From: Ruminococcus sp.
GTDB lineage: Bacteria; Bacillota; Clostridia; Oscillospirales; Acutalibacteraceae
Length of the DNA: 64,000 nucleotides
NCBI GenBank assembly: GCA_017404145.1
Contig: JAFRCW010000030.1
Coordinates: 1,051 to 65,050, forward strand
Direction of reading: 5' to 3'
Below the pieces are notes generated by a model, which ran no database searches, was not told where the DNA came from, and saw only the letters and a list, made by a program, of their open reading frames with translations. A program made the translations under genes and the position numbers. Shown here piece after piece: positions 47,674-58,300 of this stretch. Position 1 is the first letter of the stretch; the number at the start of each line of letters is the position of its first letter.

Positions 47674-48267
47674 ATGGATAAATGGGATAATACAGCAATC
47701 GGAACAAGGATAAAAAACCTTAGGAAGAATAAGGGCTATACGCAGCAGGAGCTTGCTGACATCATCGGTAAATCTCTGCGGACGCTTCAAAAGTATGAAA
47801 CAGGCGAGATAGAGGTATCCATCGCCGTGGTCAATCAGCTGGCAAAGGAGCTCGACACGACGCCGACGTTTATCCTCGGTTATGATACAGAGATCGAGCC
47901 GATCCGTACCCTTGCCGATGTGATGAACTATCTGTTTCATATCGAGCAAGTCGAAGGACTGGAATTCAGCATCGACGTCAAGCGACCGCCGCGTAACAGT
48001 GAGTGGACTTGCGCGCTGACCTTCAAAGGAAAGAACGTGAATGCCGAGTTAAATCAAGATATGTGTTTATTCTTGGAGGATTGGGGAAGCCAGCGTGATT
48101 CACTCCGTACCTACGATAGCACACAATCCGATTACCGCGAGTGGAAGGAAAGAACGCTCGCGTACTACTCTCCTACTGAGGTAAAGCAAAAAGAGACAGA
48201 GGATCTTAGCGAAGAGGAGAGACGGCAGAAGCGAATCGAGTATTTGAACAGTATAAAGCCAGAATAA
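47674..48267 (+). CDS. XRE-family HTH regulator
   Basis: IGTRIKNLRKNKGYTQQELADIIGKSLRTLQKYETGE. Confidence 0.8.
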   Translation: MDKWDNTAIGTRIKNLRKNKGYTQQELADIIGKSLRTLQKYETGEIEVSIAVVNQLAKELDTTPTFILGYDTEIEPIRTLADVMNYLFHIEQVEGLEFSIDVKRPPRNSEWTCALTFKGKNVNAELNQDMCLFLEDWGSQRDSLRTYDSTQSDYREWKERTLAYYSPTEVKQKETEDLSEEERRQKRIEYLNSIKPE

Positions 48268-48325
48268 CAATCAAATAGGGTAATAAGGAAATCAGGGTCT
48301 GAGATAACATTTGAAAGGAGCAATT

Positions 48326-49402
48326 ATGTCAGTAACCAAAGACGGCAATACAGGCCGTTGGATGTCTCAGATTCGAGTAAAGGATTGGACGGGCAAGACC
48401 GTCCACAAAAAGAAAAGAGGCTTCGCAACCAAACGCGAAGCCTTACAATGGGAGCAGGAATTTGTCAGCCAAGCGACGTCTAGCTTAGGTATGACATTCC
48501 GGGATTTTATCGAGTTATACTTCAAGGATATGGAGCAGCGACTCAAAGCCACAACACTAGCCAACAAGCGATGGATGGTTAATTTGAAGGTGACGCCGTT
48601 CTTCGGCAAGATGCAGCTCAACGACATCAAGCCGACGGATATCCGCCGTTGGCAGAACGAGTTGACCAGCTATCGGAATAAAGACGGCGAGCCGTATTCC
48701 GAAACCTATCTGAAAACCATCAATAATCAGGTGACCGCGATCTTCAATTACGCAGTCAAGTATTATGGGTTGAAAGAGAATCCCTGTCACAAGGCAGGCG
48801 GTATGGGGAAGAAGCACGCCGACGAGATGATGTTCTGGACGAAGGATGAATTCTTGCAATTCATCGAGGCGATGAAAGATCACCCCACCGGTTACGCTGC
48901 CTTTATGACGATGTATTACACCGGTGTGCGTGAGGGAGAGCTGTTGGCGCTGACGCTATCGGACATTGATTTTGAGAACAGCACCATCCGGATCAACAAG
49001 AGCTATCAGCGGTTGAATGGCGAGGACTTGATCACTTCGCCGAAAACGCCGAAGAGCAAACGGATCATCACCATTCCAGAGAGCTTGATAAACTGCTTGA
49101 AGGACTATACCTCTAAGCTCTACAACATTCAGCCGGACGAGCGTATCTTCCCGCATACAAAGTATTATCTCGCCCACGAGATGGACTACGGCTGTGAGAA
49201 ATCGGGCGTGAAAAAGATTCGTATCCATGATATTCGTCATAGCCATGCGGCGGCTCTGATTGAAATGAATGTTGCGCCGAAGCTTTTGCAGGAACGGTTA
49301 GGTCACGAGCGTATCCAGACAACGCTCGATACCTACGGTCATCTATATCCGAATAAGCAAGCGGAAGTAGCCAAGCAGCTCGATGAATTCATGTCAAACT
49401 GA
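48326..49402 (+). CDS. int: Tyrosine recombinase/integrase
   Basis: SAM-like N-domain plus the catalytic region (...GVREGELLAL..., RIHDIRHSHAAALIE, LGHERIQTTLDTYGHLY). ATG 48326 follows AAAGGAG. Confidence 0.9.
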   Translation: MSVTKDGNTGRWMSQIRVKDWTGKTVHKKKRGFATKREALQWEQEFVSQATSSLGMTFRDFIELYFKDMEQRLKATTLANKRWMVNLKVTPFFGKMQLNDIKPTDIRRWQNELTSYRNKDGEPYSETYLKTINNQVTAIFNYAVKYYGLKENPCHKAGGMGKKHADEMMFWTKDEFLQFIEAMKDHPTGYAAFMTMYYTGVREGELLALTLSDIDFENSTIRINKSYQRLNGEDLITSPKTPKSKRIITIPESLINCLKDYTSKLYNIQPDERIFPHTKYYLAHEMDYGCEKSGVKKIRIHDIRHSHAAALIEMNVAPKLLQERLGHERIQTTLDTYGHLYPNKQAEVAKQLDEFMSN

Positions 49403-49717
49403 ATGGCTACAAAAATTTGCTCTCATGTAGCCATTTTGTAGCCAACAAAAAAGAAAAGTCCCGAAGGACGGCTCTATTAAGCCATTCTTCGGGATGATTA
49501 GTGTTTATTTGTTTATTCCCACTCGCTTAGTTGGAAAGAATATGTTTTTGATGATGGTGAATAACCGTATAAAAAGAAAGTTTTTATCAAACAAATATTC
49601 TAATTATACTTAGTTTAACTTCTCTTGGTATCAAAATCGTATCAGTGTTTCTATGAATGTATCATAACACAGATCAATGATAAATTCAACACTTTAAAGC
49701 AAAAAACATTACTGTTT

Positions 49718-51163
49718 TTATACTCTATTACTGCCGTTCTTTTCTGCGTGCCCTAACAGATATAAGAAGGCATACGCGGGGATTCTTACCATCTTTGTGC
49801 CGTCAGGGGCATTGTGCAACCCATAATCATCCGGCGTTTTGGTGACGATGATAGCCGCCGATGCCTGTGAGCACAGCTCGCAGATAGCGCTGTCGTCCGG
49901 GATGGGTGCCTCTTCGCGGTACTTCACTTCGATCAGCAGATTCTTTGCTTTCGGATAAGATACAACAATATCGATTTCTTTATCCTTCTTGCCGCCTCTG
50001 TAGTAGCCTACGGAGGTGGCATTCTGATAATAGAAGGATGCGACATGCTTATAAACCGCTGTTTCAACAATCTTGCCCATCTCGGTAGGATTCGTCAGCA
50101 TATCGTCGTCCATGAGAACATCATTTCGGATAGCGGCGTCGGCAATATAGATCTTCGGCTTCGCTTTCAGCGCTTTTTTACCCGACATATCGACCGGCCA
50201 GCTTTGATAAATCAGGTTGGCGCTCTCCAGATAGCGGATATAATTCTCGACCGTCGGACGGGACACACCGTTCAGTTCTTTTGCTACGCTGTCAATGGAT
50301 ACGATCTCGGAGGAAACATTACACAAATACAGAAAAATCCGTTCCAGCTCCGTTGAGTTGCGGATGTTATACAGGGACGGCAAATCCCGCTTCAATACCT
50401 TATCAACGACATCGTCCCTCATGATCTGCTGCGCGAGGATATCATTATCAGAGAGAGCAAGCTCAGGAAACCCGCCGATCTGCAAATACCTGACAAAATG
50501 TTTTTGTATATCGGAGAGCTGCAGCATGACCTGCGTCTGTTCCTGTCGGTTCATCGTCAGGAAAGATGTGACTTTTAGCTCCGCGTCAAAATCAGGCTGA
50601 TTGACGCCGGTCAGCTCGCAGTATTCATAAAAAGACAGAGTCGGCACACTGATAACAGACCATCTGCCTGCGCCGCTCTCAGTGCTTCCCTTCATCAGCG
50701 CCGGACTCGCCGAGCCGGTCGCCACGACCTTTGTTTCGGGATTCATGTCATAGATCGTTTTCAGCCACCTGTCCCAATCCTGCGCGTATTGGATCTCATC
50801 AAAGAAATAGTATACGTCGTTATCGGGATAGATGTTCTCGTGATAACAGTCGAGGATATCCTCAAACGAGCTGAGCTTGAGCATAGGATGATCCAATGAC
50901 ACAAACAGAATTTTGCGCGGTGCGATCCCTTGTTTCAGCAGTGTGTCGATCATCTGATACTCTATGGTGGTTTTGCCGACACGTCTGGTGCCGGTCAAGA
51001 CGACCGTTCTGCGGATCTCCGTATTCTCCAGCTTGCTCATCGCGTCATAATATGCAAAGCGTTTATATGCTTTGGTCAATGTCGGATTCGTTGCGCCGCT
51101 TTTCCACCACGGATTATATGCCGTCAGCACCTTGAGTATTTTCTCTTTTGTTGTGATAGCCAT
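49718..51163 (-). CDS. AAA_14 + DUF4143-type ATPase
   Basis: Walker A LTGTRRVGKTT. Overall layout matches the widespread ATPase-plus-DUF4143 family. Start at MAITTKEK (RBS GAGGTG). Confidence 0.7.
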   Translation of the reverse strand: MAITTKEKILKVLTAYNPWWKSGATNPTLTKAYKRFAYYDAMSKLENTEIRRTVVLTGTRRVGKTTIEYQMIDTLLKQGIAPRKILFVSLDHPMLKLSSFEDILDCYHENIYPDNDVYYFFDEIQYAQDWDRWLKTIYDMNPETKVVATGSASPALMKGSTESGAGRWSVISVPTLSFYEYCELTGVNQPDFDAELKVTSFLTMNRQEQTQVMLQLSDIQKHFVRYLQIGGFPELALSDNDILAQQIMRDDVVDKVLKRDLPSLYNIRNSTELERIFLYLCNVSSEIVSIDSVAKELNGVSRPTVENYIRYLESANLIYQSWPVDMSGKKALKAKPKIYIADAAIRNDVLMDDDMLTNPTEMGKIVETAVYKHVASFYYQNATSVGYYRGGKKDKEIDIVVSYPKAKNLLIEVKYREEAPIPDDSAICELCSQASAAIIVTKTPDDYGLHNAPDGTKMVRIPAYAFLYLLGHAEKNGSNRV

Positions 51164-51495
51164 ACGATCACCTCTGTTAATTATTATAACTATACTTTTA
51201 TATTTTGTCAATAATAATTATAAGTATACTTGAAAATGATAACATAATCTTGAAGGGCAACCATTAGTAGATGTCCTTAGTGACTACTCACAAGGAAATA
51301 CGTTATTACTCCTACTTGCTCCTGATTATCTGAGCTTAAATAGTTTTGTATAGGCGAATTGCCACAGAGTATCAGGAGTGTTTGTAATGCTCATGAAAGA
51401 TAAATGGTTTTCAAGTTATAGAAGGCAATGTGAGATTTTCTTGAAAATCATTATTGTAGGTGATATTCTAATACTATTGAGAAAACTAACTTTTC

Positions 51496-52335
51496 ATGGA
51501 GAGAAACTGTATGAACAATAATGATTATTTATACCATTATACCAGCGTGGAAATTTTAGCCCTTATTCTTAAAAATAGATCTATCCGGTTTAATTCTCTC
51601 GATAAAATGGATGATCTTCAGGAACAAGAAACAAGTGATTTGAGAAATATAGGTCAATTCATTTATATCAGTTCTTGGACCGATGATGAAACAGAAAGCA
51701 TTCCTATGTGGAATATGTATGCTTCATTGGATAGAGGTGTAAGGATTCGTCTTAAGAAGAATCCGTTTAAGTTATATGAGAATACAGCTGAAAGCTTATC
51801 TGGTATAAGCAGATCATCAATAATAGATACTTCTCAAGGAAAAAGCCTAAAAAGCATGATACCTTTGTATGATATCTTTTCAAAAGGCTTTTTTACAAAT
51901 CAAGCAATTAATCCCGAGTTGTTGTTTCAAGTTGAATATACAAGCGACAAAGATAAGCTGTATCCTAAAATGTTAACAAGCGATGATAATCACTTTGCAA
52001 TTCGTTTAGGAGATTTAGGAAAACATAAAAACTTACATTGGGAATTTCAGAAGGAATGGCGATACGTAATGGAAATAATCCCTTTCAATTTGAATCAGTC
52101 ACCGGAAGCGATGTTTAAAGAGTTCATAGTATTAGCAAATAATATTAGATCAGGAACTGCTAAACAACCGTTTCCTTACTATGATATGTTTTTGGATGAT
52201 GAGGCTTTTGCCGACATGCAGATAACACTCAGTCCTCGTATCGGCGCAGGAAGCAGGGTTATTGTTCAAGACTTAATTGAAAAGTATAACCCGTCAGCAG
52301 ATCTTAAAGATAGTTGTTTACTGGGATTGATATAA
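51496..52335 (+). CDS. DUF2971-family protein
   Basis: YLYHYTSVEILALILKNRSIRFNSLDKMDDLQE is the family signature as I recall it. The start may be the second ATG (51511). Confidence 0.6.
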   Translation: MERNCMNNNDYLYHYTSVEILALILKNRSIRFNSLDKMDDLQEQETSDLRNIGQFIYISSWTDDETESIPMWNMYASLDRGVRIRLKKNPFKLYENTAESLSGISRSSIIDTSQGKSLKSMIPLYDIFSKGFFTNQAINPELLFQVEYTSDKDKLYPKMLTSDDNHFAIRLGDLGKHKNLHWEFQKEWRYVMEIIPFNLNQSPEAMFKEFIVLANNIRSGTAKQPFPYYDMFLDDEAFADMQITLSPRIGAGSRVIVQDLIEKYNPSADLKDSCLLGLI

Positions 52336-52374
52336 GTAAACTTTAAAAATAGCTTTGGTTTATATGGTGCAATT

Positions 52375-53397
52375 ATGTGTATTTATTTAGGCGATCAGGA
52401 TTATCTTACATATACCAAAAAAGAGCACATCTTTCCGGCTGCTATTGGCGGTATGAGCACGCTGGAAAAAGGATGTGTTTCTGATGAGGCAAATTCGATT
52501 TTTGATAAACTTGAGGATGAAATGACACATGCTTCTATAGTGTGGCTCTGTCGTGCATTCTCCGGACCGGGAAAACGGGGATCAAAAAAGCCAAGCGGTA
52601 CCGTCAGAGTTTTTAATTATTCTAAAAACAATAAACCCGAAAAGTTAAGCCTCGGAATACTAAGCATGGGCAAGATTTACCATATTCCTCAAATCATTAT
52701 TACCCATGATTCTTTTTCCTTCACAGATGAGTGTTCTTCCGATAACGAGTTGATGGAGTCGTTCCATAAGTATATTAGTAAACTTTCAGGTTTCAAAAAG
52801 GATTCCAGATTCACTAATATAACGCCTGATGGTTATTCAGAGGATACAATTCTTATCGGATTTTATAGAAAAAGATGGTATGTCGTGTGCTCAGATATCG
52901 AAAAGCTGTATAGCAGAATCGAAGTTGTGATAAAATCCAAAGACTCTATAGGAGGTATTTCGCACAGCACACTTCAAGCGAGCCTAAACGATAAAATACA
53001 AGAGAGTGAAGTTTCAGATCGTGTATACGCAAAAATCGCGTTTAATGTATTATGCAAGCTTTGCGGAAAAGATTTTGTAAGCAATAAAACCTTTGATAAG
53101 TTCAGACAATGGGTTGTTACCGGAGAACCCCAAAATGACAACTGGATAAATGAACATGTTTGTCAGGCCTCTGAACTTCCGATCAGTTTTCCTGAAGAGT
53201 CACATTGGTGTTTAATATTGCGTAATCTAAATCAAGTTTGCGCAATTGTTTGTCTATATAATCGATTAATGAGAAAATTCATTATTGGTGAAATACCTAA
53301 AGGATATAACATACATCAATTAGATGGATATATCTGTGACTGGAAAAATCATATAGAGTATAAATTTGATGATTATATAAACAGAATTATTAAGTAG
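52375..53397 (+). CDS. Hypothetical protein with a degenerate HNH-like N-terminus
   Basis: MCIYLGDQDYLTYTKKEHIFPAAIGGMSTLEKGCVSDEAN resembles C.YC...EHIIP.ALGG...C..CN of HNH proteins, but with most zinc-binding Cys lost. The remaining ~280 aa are unassigned. Confidence 0.4.
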   Translation: MCIYLGDQDYLTYTKKEHIFPAAIGGMSTLEKGCVSDEANSIFDKLEDEMTHASIVWLCRAFSGPGKRGSKKPSGTVRVFNYSKNNKPEKLSLGILSMGKIYHIPQIIITHDSFSFTDECSSDNELMESFHKYISKLSGFKKDSRFTNITPDGYSEDTILIGFYRKRWYVVCSDIEKLYSRIEVVIKSKDSIGGISHSTLQASLNDKIQESEVSDRVYAKIAFNVLCKLCGKDFVSNKTFDKFRQWVVTGEPQNDNWINEHVCQASELPISFPEESHWCLILRNLNQVCAIVCLYNRLMRKFIIGEIPKGYNIHQLDGYICDWKNHIEYKFDDYINRIIK

Positions 53398-53444
53398 TAT
53401 TTTACAAAAAGCAGGTTCGCTAGCGGAGTAGTGAACCTGCTTTT

Positions 53445-53753
53445 CTATTTAGTCAATCTTTTTGCCAATTGAATTAGCAATTCCATGTCAGCTTGCTTTA
53501 GGTTTGATATTTCTTTTTGTAAGGCTATAGCTGTTGCTTGTTCCTGACTCTTTTCATCAAAAAACTCTATCGGTGTGATGTTAAAATACTCACATATACT
53601 CAGGAACTCTGACATGGATGGTAATGCTCTGCCGGAAGAGATGCTTTGGATATAGCCTTTGCTGTGCCCTAAGTCCATGCTCATTTTATATTCTGATACA
53701 TTTTTTTGAATACGAAGCTGTGTGATCCTCTGGCGGATAAAAGATTCATCCAT
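53445..53753 (-). CDS. XRE-family HTH regulator
   Basis: IRQRITQLRIQKNVSEYKMSMDLGHSKGYIQSISSG. Start at MDESF (RBS GAGGTG). Confidence 0.75.
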   Translation of the reverse strand: MDESFIRQRITQLRIQKNVSEYKMSMDLGHSKGYIQSISSGRALPSMSEFLSICEYFNITPIEFFDEKSQEQATAIALQKEISNLKQADMELLIQLAKRLTK

Positions 53754-53895
53754 AATATCACCTCTGTATTCATTGTACACTAATTATTTTATTCTCTATA
53801 CTAATAAAAATACCGTTTATTATTGACTTATACTAATTATATTAGTATAATTAGTATGTATAATAGTATATTTTAATAATGAAGGAGTTGGTTTA

Positions 53896-55332
53896 ATGAA
53901 AAGAATTAGCACTATAACTTGCTTGCTAATTGTATTGTTGGTGGCTTGTCTCATTACTCCGGTAATGACAATTGCCGCTAAAAACAATGATACAATACAA
54001 GCGAAGAATCCAATAATTGGTGATGTTGATGGTGACGGTACTGTCACCATCATAGATGCTACCTATATTCAGCGGCATCTAGCCAGTATTCCGATTCCTT
54101 TTGAGATCAATGATAAGGTTGCCGATACAGATGGTGATGGAAACGTAACCATAATTGACGCAACCATGATTCAGCGGTATTTGGCGTCTCTTCCTTATGA
54201 GGGGAAGATCGGAGAAGAAATTGAATTGCCCACAGAAGAACCAACAGTAACACCGACAGAATCACAATCGGATATTCCAACAGAGATTCCTACAAGTGAA
54301 TCAACCAATCCGAAATTTGTGGTGAATTCTGTTAACGCCAAGCCCGGCGATAAGAATGTAGCAGTTACTGTTTCAGTTAAAAACAATCCTGGTATTGCTG
54401 CAATTGCACTTGATATCAACTATGACAAAAACTCATTAAAGCTAACAGGTTTTGATTATAACACTTCGGCATTAATGGGCGCATCAACAACGCCGTACAG
54501 TGCGACTGCAAAGATTCCTTGTTTGTTTATGGTAAACGGAACACAGAATATCACAGGCGATTTTACCTTTGCTACTTTATACTTTGATGTTCTTGAAAGC
54601 GCGGTCGGAGAATGTCCGATCACCGTTACTTATGACGAGGATAATGTCTACAATATTGCTGAGAACAATGTTCAGTTTGATATTGTTTCAGGAGCAATTA
54701 AAACGCCTGGTCAGAGGCCGACTGAGCCTCAAACTACCATGTTCACAGTGACCTTCAAGGATTATGACGGAAAAGTACTGTCTACTCAGACGGTTGAAAA
54801 AGGAAAGAATGCAACAGCGCCTGCCTCTCCCTCAAGAGAAGGTTTTGCCTTCGCAGGATGGAGCGTATCCTTTGAGAATGTTCAGAAGGATCTGACGGTT
54901 ACTGCGACATATACAGAGCTGGGAAAAACTCCGAGTTTTGTTATCGAAAAGGTCAACGCTAAGCCCGGTCAGAAAAACGTTGCGGTAACAGTAGCCGTTA
55001 AGAATAATCCCGGCGTTTCAGCTATCGCTCTGGATGTGATGTTTGATAACAGCAAACTGACCCTTACTGGTTTTACCTATAATGATTCTGCGCTTTCCGG
55101 AGCATCAACAACTCCCTACAGCGCTTCGGCTTCAACCCCTTGCTTATACATGGTGAACGGAACAAAGGATATTACCGACGATTTTACATTTGCAACACTG
55201 TATTTTGACATTCCAGCGACAGCAAATGGAACTTATCCGATCTCGGTTGTCTATGATTCTGATAATGTTTATAACTTAGCTGAAGATAACATAGCCTTTG
55301 ACGTTATTAACGGCTCGATAACAGTATCATAA
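53896..55332 (+). CDS. Secreted dockerin + two-cohesin protein (adaptor scaffoldin-like)
   Basis: A signal peptide is followed by dockerin repeats (GDVDGDGTVTIIDATYIQRHL, DTDGDGNVTIIDATMIQRYL) and a PT linker. Two cohesin-like modules follow (VNAKPGDKNVAVTVSVKNNPGIAAIALDINYD; VNAKPGQKNVAVTVAVKNNPGVSAIALDVMFD), separated by a Listeria-Bacteroides-type repeat. Confidence 0.7.
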   Translation: MKRISTITCLLIVLLVACLITPVMTIAAKNNDTIQAKNPIIGDVDGDGTVTIIDATYIQRHLASIPIPFEINDKVADTDGDGNVTIIDATMIQRYLASLPYEGKIGEEIELPTEEPTVTPTESQSDIPTEIPTSESTNPKFVVNSVNAKPGDKNVAVTVSVKNNPGIAAIALDINYDKNSLKLTGFDYNTSALMGASTTPYSATAKIPCLFMVNGTQNITGDFTFATLYFDVLESAVGECPITVTYDEDNVYNIAENNVQFDIVSGAIKTPGQRPTEPQTTMFTVTFKDYDGKVLSTQTVEKGKNATAPASPSREGFAFAGWSVSFENVQKDLTVTATYTELGKTPSFVIEKVNAKPGQKNVAVTVAVKNNPGVSAIALDVMFDNSKLTLTGFTYNDSALSGASTTPYSASASTPCLYMVNGTKDITDDFTFATLYFDIPATANGTYPISVVYDSDNVYNLAEDNIAFDVINGSITVS

Positions 55333-55375
55333 CTTTGTCAATACCTGATAATAATTTGAAAAGGAGCGAAACAAA

Positions 55376-58300
55376 ATGACAAAATGTCTGAAAACTATGT
55401 TGGCGTTGTTGTTGACTGCTGTCCTGTTGATATCGGCATTGCCGTTTGCGGTTTCGGCGGCGTCTACAATGAATGTCACAGTAGATACAAAAAATGCTAT
55501 GGCAGGTTCAACTGTCAATCTTGATGTAAAGATCAGCAACAATCCCGGATTTGCGGCGATCTCTCTTGACATTGATTATGACAAGACAAATCTGACGCTG
55601 AAAGGTTTTTCTTATAACGATGCAGCATTGGCGGGAGCTTCCACGACTCCTTATAATGCAAGTGCTTCAACGCCTTGTTTGTATGTTGTCAACGGATCAC
55701 AGAATATCACCGGAGATTTTACTTTGGCTACCCTGACATTTGAAGTCAAAGCGAACGCAAAGAATAACACTTCTGCATATGTCAAGCTGACATACGACCC
55801 TGAAAATGTCTATAATATTGGTGAACAGAATATTACGTGTAATATCACTAATGGAGCAGTAAATATCATAGCGTGCGTTCCCGGTGACATCAATGGTGAT
55901 GAAAAAGTCAACAGTAAGGACGTTTCTCGGTTGATGCAATACCACGCACACTGGGATGTGGATGTCAATGAGCCTGCACTAGATACTAACGGTGATGGGA
56001 AACTTAACAGCAAGGACGTCACTCGTCTGATGCAGTATCTCGCTCATTGGGACGTCGAGCTTTATCCTCAAATAACAACTGATGAGGATAAATTAAAAGC
56101 GGTTGCTGCGGTTCCTGCATACTGTGAAGAACCCGGCAATATTGCTTATTGGGTAAACGAAGAAACTGGAAAATATTATAGAGATTCCAAGGGTTTAATC
56201 GAGATAAATCTTGCTGATACTGTTATTCCAGCAACAGGGCATACACCAGTTATTGATCCTGCGGTACCGGCAACCTATGATCATACTGGACTTACAGAGG
56301 GTTCGCATTGCTCAGTTTGCGGAAAGGCACTCGTTAATCAACAGATCATTCCCAAGCTGGTTGAAGATTCGTATAATATTACATACCACCTTTATGCGGA
56401 TGATGCCTATCTCCAATCTGTGGGTGTAAACAATCCGAATCCTGCGACTTATTCATCACAAAAGGGATTGAAACTTCAAAATGTCCGAGCGGAAGGATAT
56501 ATATTTGAAGGATGGTATGATGGTGAAGGAGCAAATGGTGAACTTATAAAAACCATTCCTTCAGGGTCAGAGGGCGACATTGAACTCTATGCAAAATGGA
56601 CTGCGAGAGAGTATACAATTACCTTTAATTCCCCTCTTGTTCCGGTACAGTCAAAGAAATATAAAGTCAACACAGGTGCAACTTGGACTAATCCATCGCT
56701 TAATGGTTATAATTTTATTGGGTGGTGCGATGACGACAATAACTTGGTGACTCGCATTCCTGTTGGAACCACAGGAAATATTACATTGTATGCTAACTGG
56801 ACAAGTAAGCGAAATCAAACTAGACCGGTTTCACATCTTGAAGAACCACTAATTCTTGAAGATGCTGATAAAGGTAATATTATGTTTGCATACGAAATTG
56901 GAACAATTGAAAATGTCCCATTACAGGCGCTTTCACAAACATATCAATCAGTCGGAGGGATGAAACAGACATATACTACTCAAGAAAGTGTAACCGTTAC
57001 AAAAGGTGAAGCTAAGAATGTAGCAAAAACGGTATCTAATTCTACTACTGATTCAAAAGCATGGACACTTTCTGAAGACTGGAATGATGTAACATCGGTT
57101 AGCGAAGTGTATTCAACAGAAAAAGGCTGGACTAAAGAGGAAGCTGAACAATACTCAAAAACTAATAGTAACACATACAGCCTTAACTCTTCCACCGGTG
57201 GGAGTCAGACACAAACATCTTCTACTGGGTTATCTGGTACTCTTTCAAAAAGTAATTCGGGGACGATTGGAGGTTCTCATACGAATGAAAGAGAAACGGG
57301 ATCTGAATATGAGGTTAGCAAAAAAACAACCACAAATTCTGAAATGGGAGGAAGTATTGGTATCGATTTTGCTTCTGTTGGTGGAAAAATCTCATCAGGT
57401 ACAGAGGTAAATAAATCACAGAAGAATTATGAGAATAACAAGTCGTCAGAAACTTTAAACTATTCTGCAACTGGAACAAATGCAAAGTCAGTTACTGGTG
57501 AGTCATCCAATGCTGATTCAGGAACATCAACGTGGAACACATCATCAGGATATAGTTCAAGTTCATCTACCAGTCAGACACAATCCGTGAGAAATGTTCT
57601 GTCGGAGGTTGTAAGTGAAACAAAAGGGTATGGCTCGTCTTATTCTCGAGGCGGAAGCAAGAGTGATACACAGTCGTTTACTAATACTGAAGTTGAAAGC
57701 GATCAGTATTCTGCTGCCATTACATTTAGCGAAGGTACAGTTACAACTGAGACAAAGACTATAGAATTAGGTGGAGAAAACGAAGGTTATTACAGATTTG
57801 TCCTTGCAGGAAGAGCTCATGTTTTTGCAGTGGTTGGTTATGATGTTTCAACTAGTTCCTACTATACATTTACATACACGGTAATGGATGATGAAACATA
57901 TACCTTTATCGACTATTCAAAAGACACGGCTTCGTTTGATGATAACGAGAATGGTGTACTTCCCTTTGAAGTTCCCTATTTTGTAAAAGAGTATGTTGAT
58001 GCGAGATTGCTACAGACAAAAGGTTTATCAGTAAGCCAAGAAGGTGTAGTAACAAGCTATAACGGAACCGATGATATCGTGTTTATTCCTTCTTATTATC
58101 GAATGGATAATCTGGATGGCACATATACATCGATTAAGGTTACAGGGATATCATCGAATGCATTTGCAGGAAAGAATATCAAAGCTATCAGCTTAAGTAA
58201 CTTTATCGAAGAGATTCCGAGTGGTGCTTTTAAGAATTGTACTAATTTGGAAGCGATTCTCTGTCCCGGTGTAACTAAAATTGGGGCTTCTGCATTCATG

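Larger units (their letters stand above)
34220..49524. mobile_element. Integrative mobilisable element (~15.3 kb) bounded by 12-bp direct repeats TTATTCCCACTC
   Basis: Identical 12-mers at 34220-34231 and 49513-49524. TTTGTAGCCAA repeats lie inside both ends (34332-34353; 49404-49445). The backbone is int/XRE/Xis/AAA_25/oriT/MobV and the cargo is AT-rich. Confidence 0.65.

Noticed and set aside
32144-49529. Presence of guaA itself in the window
   Set aside because: Only the 12-nt core matching a ...EWE-stop ending is present. The sequence upstream of each core is non-coding arm DNA, so guaA is not here. The guaA link remains a hypothesis from memory.
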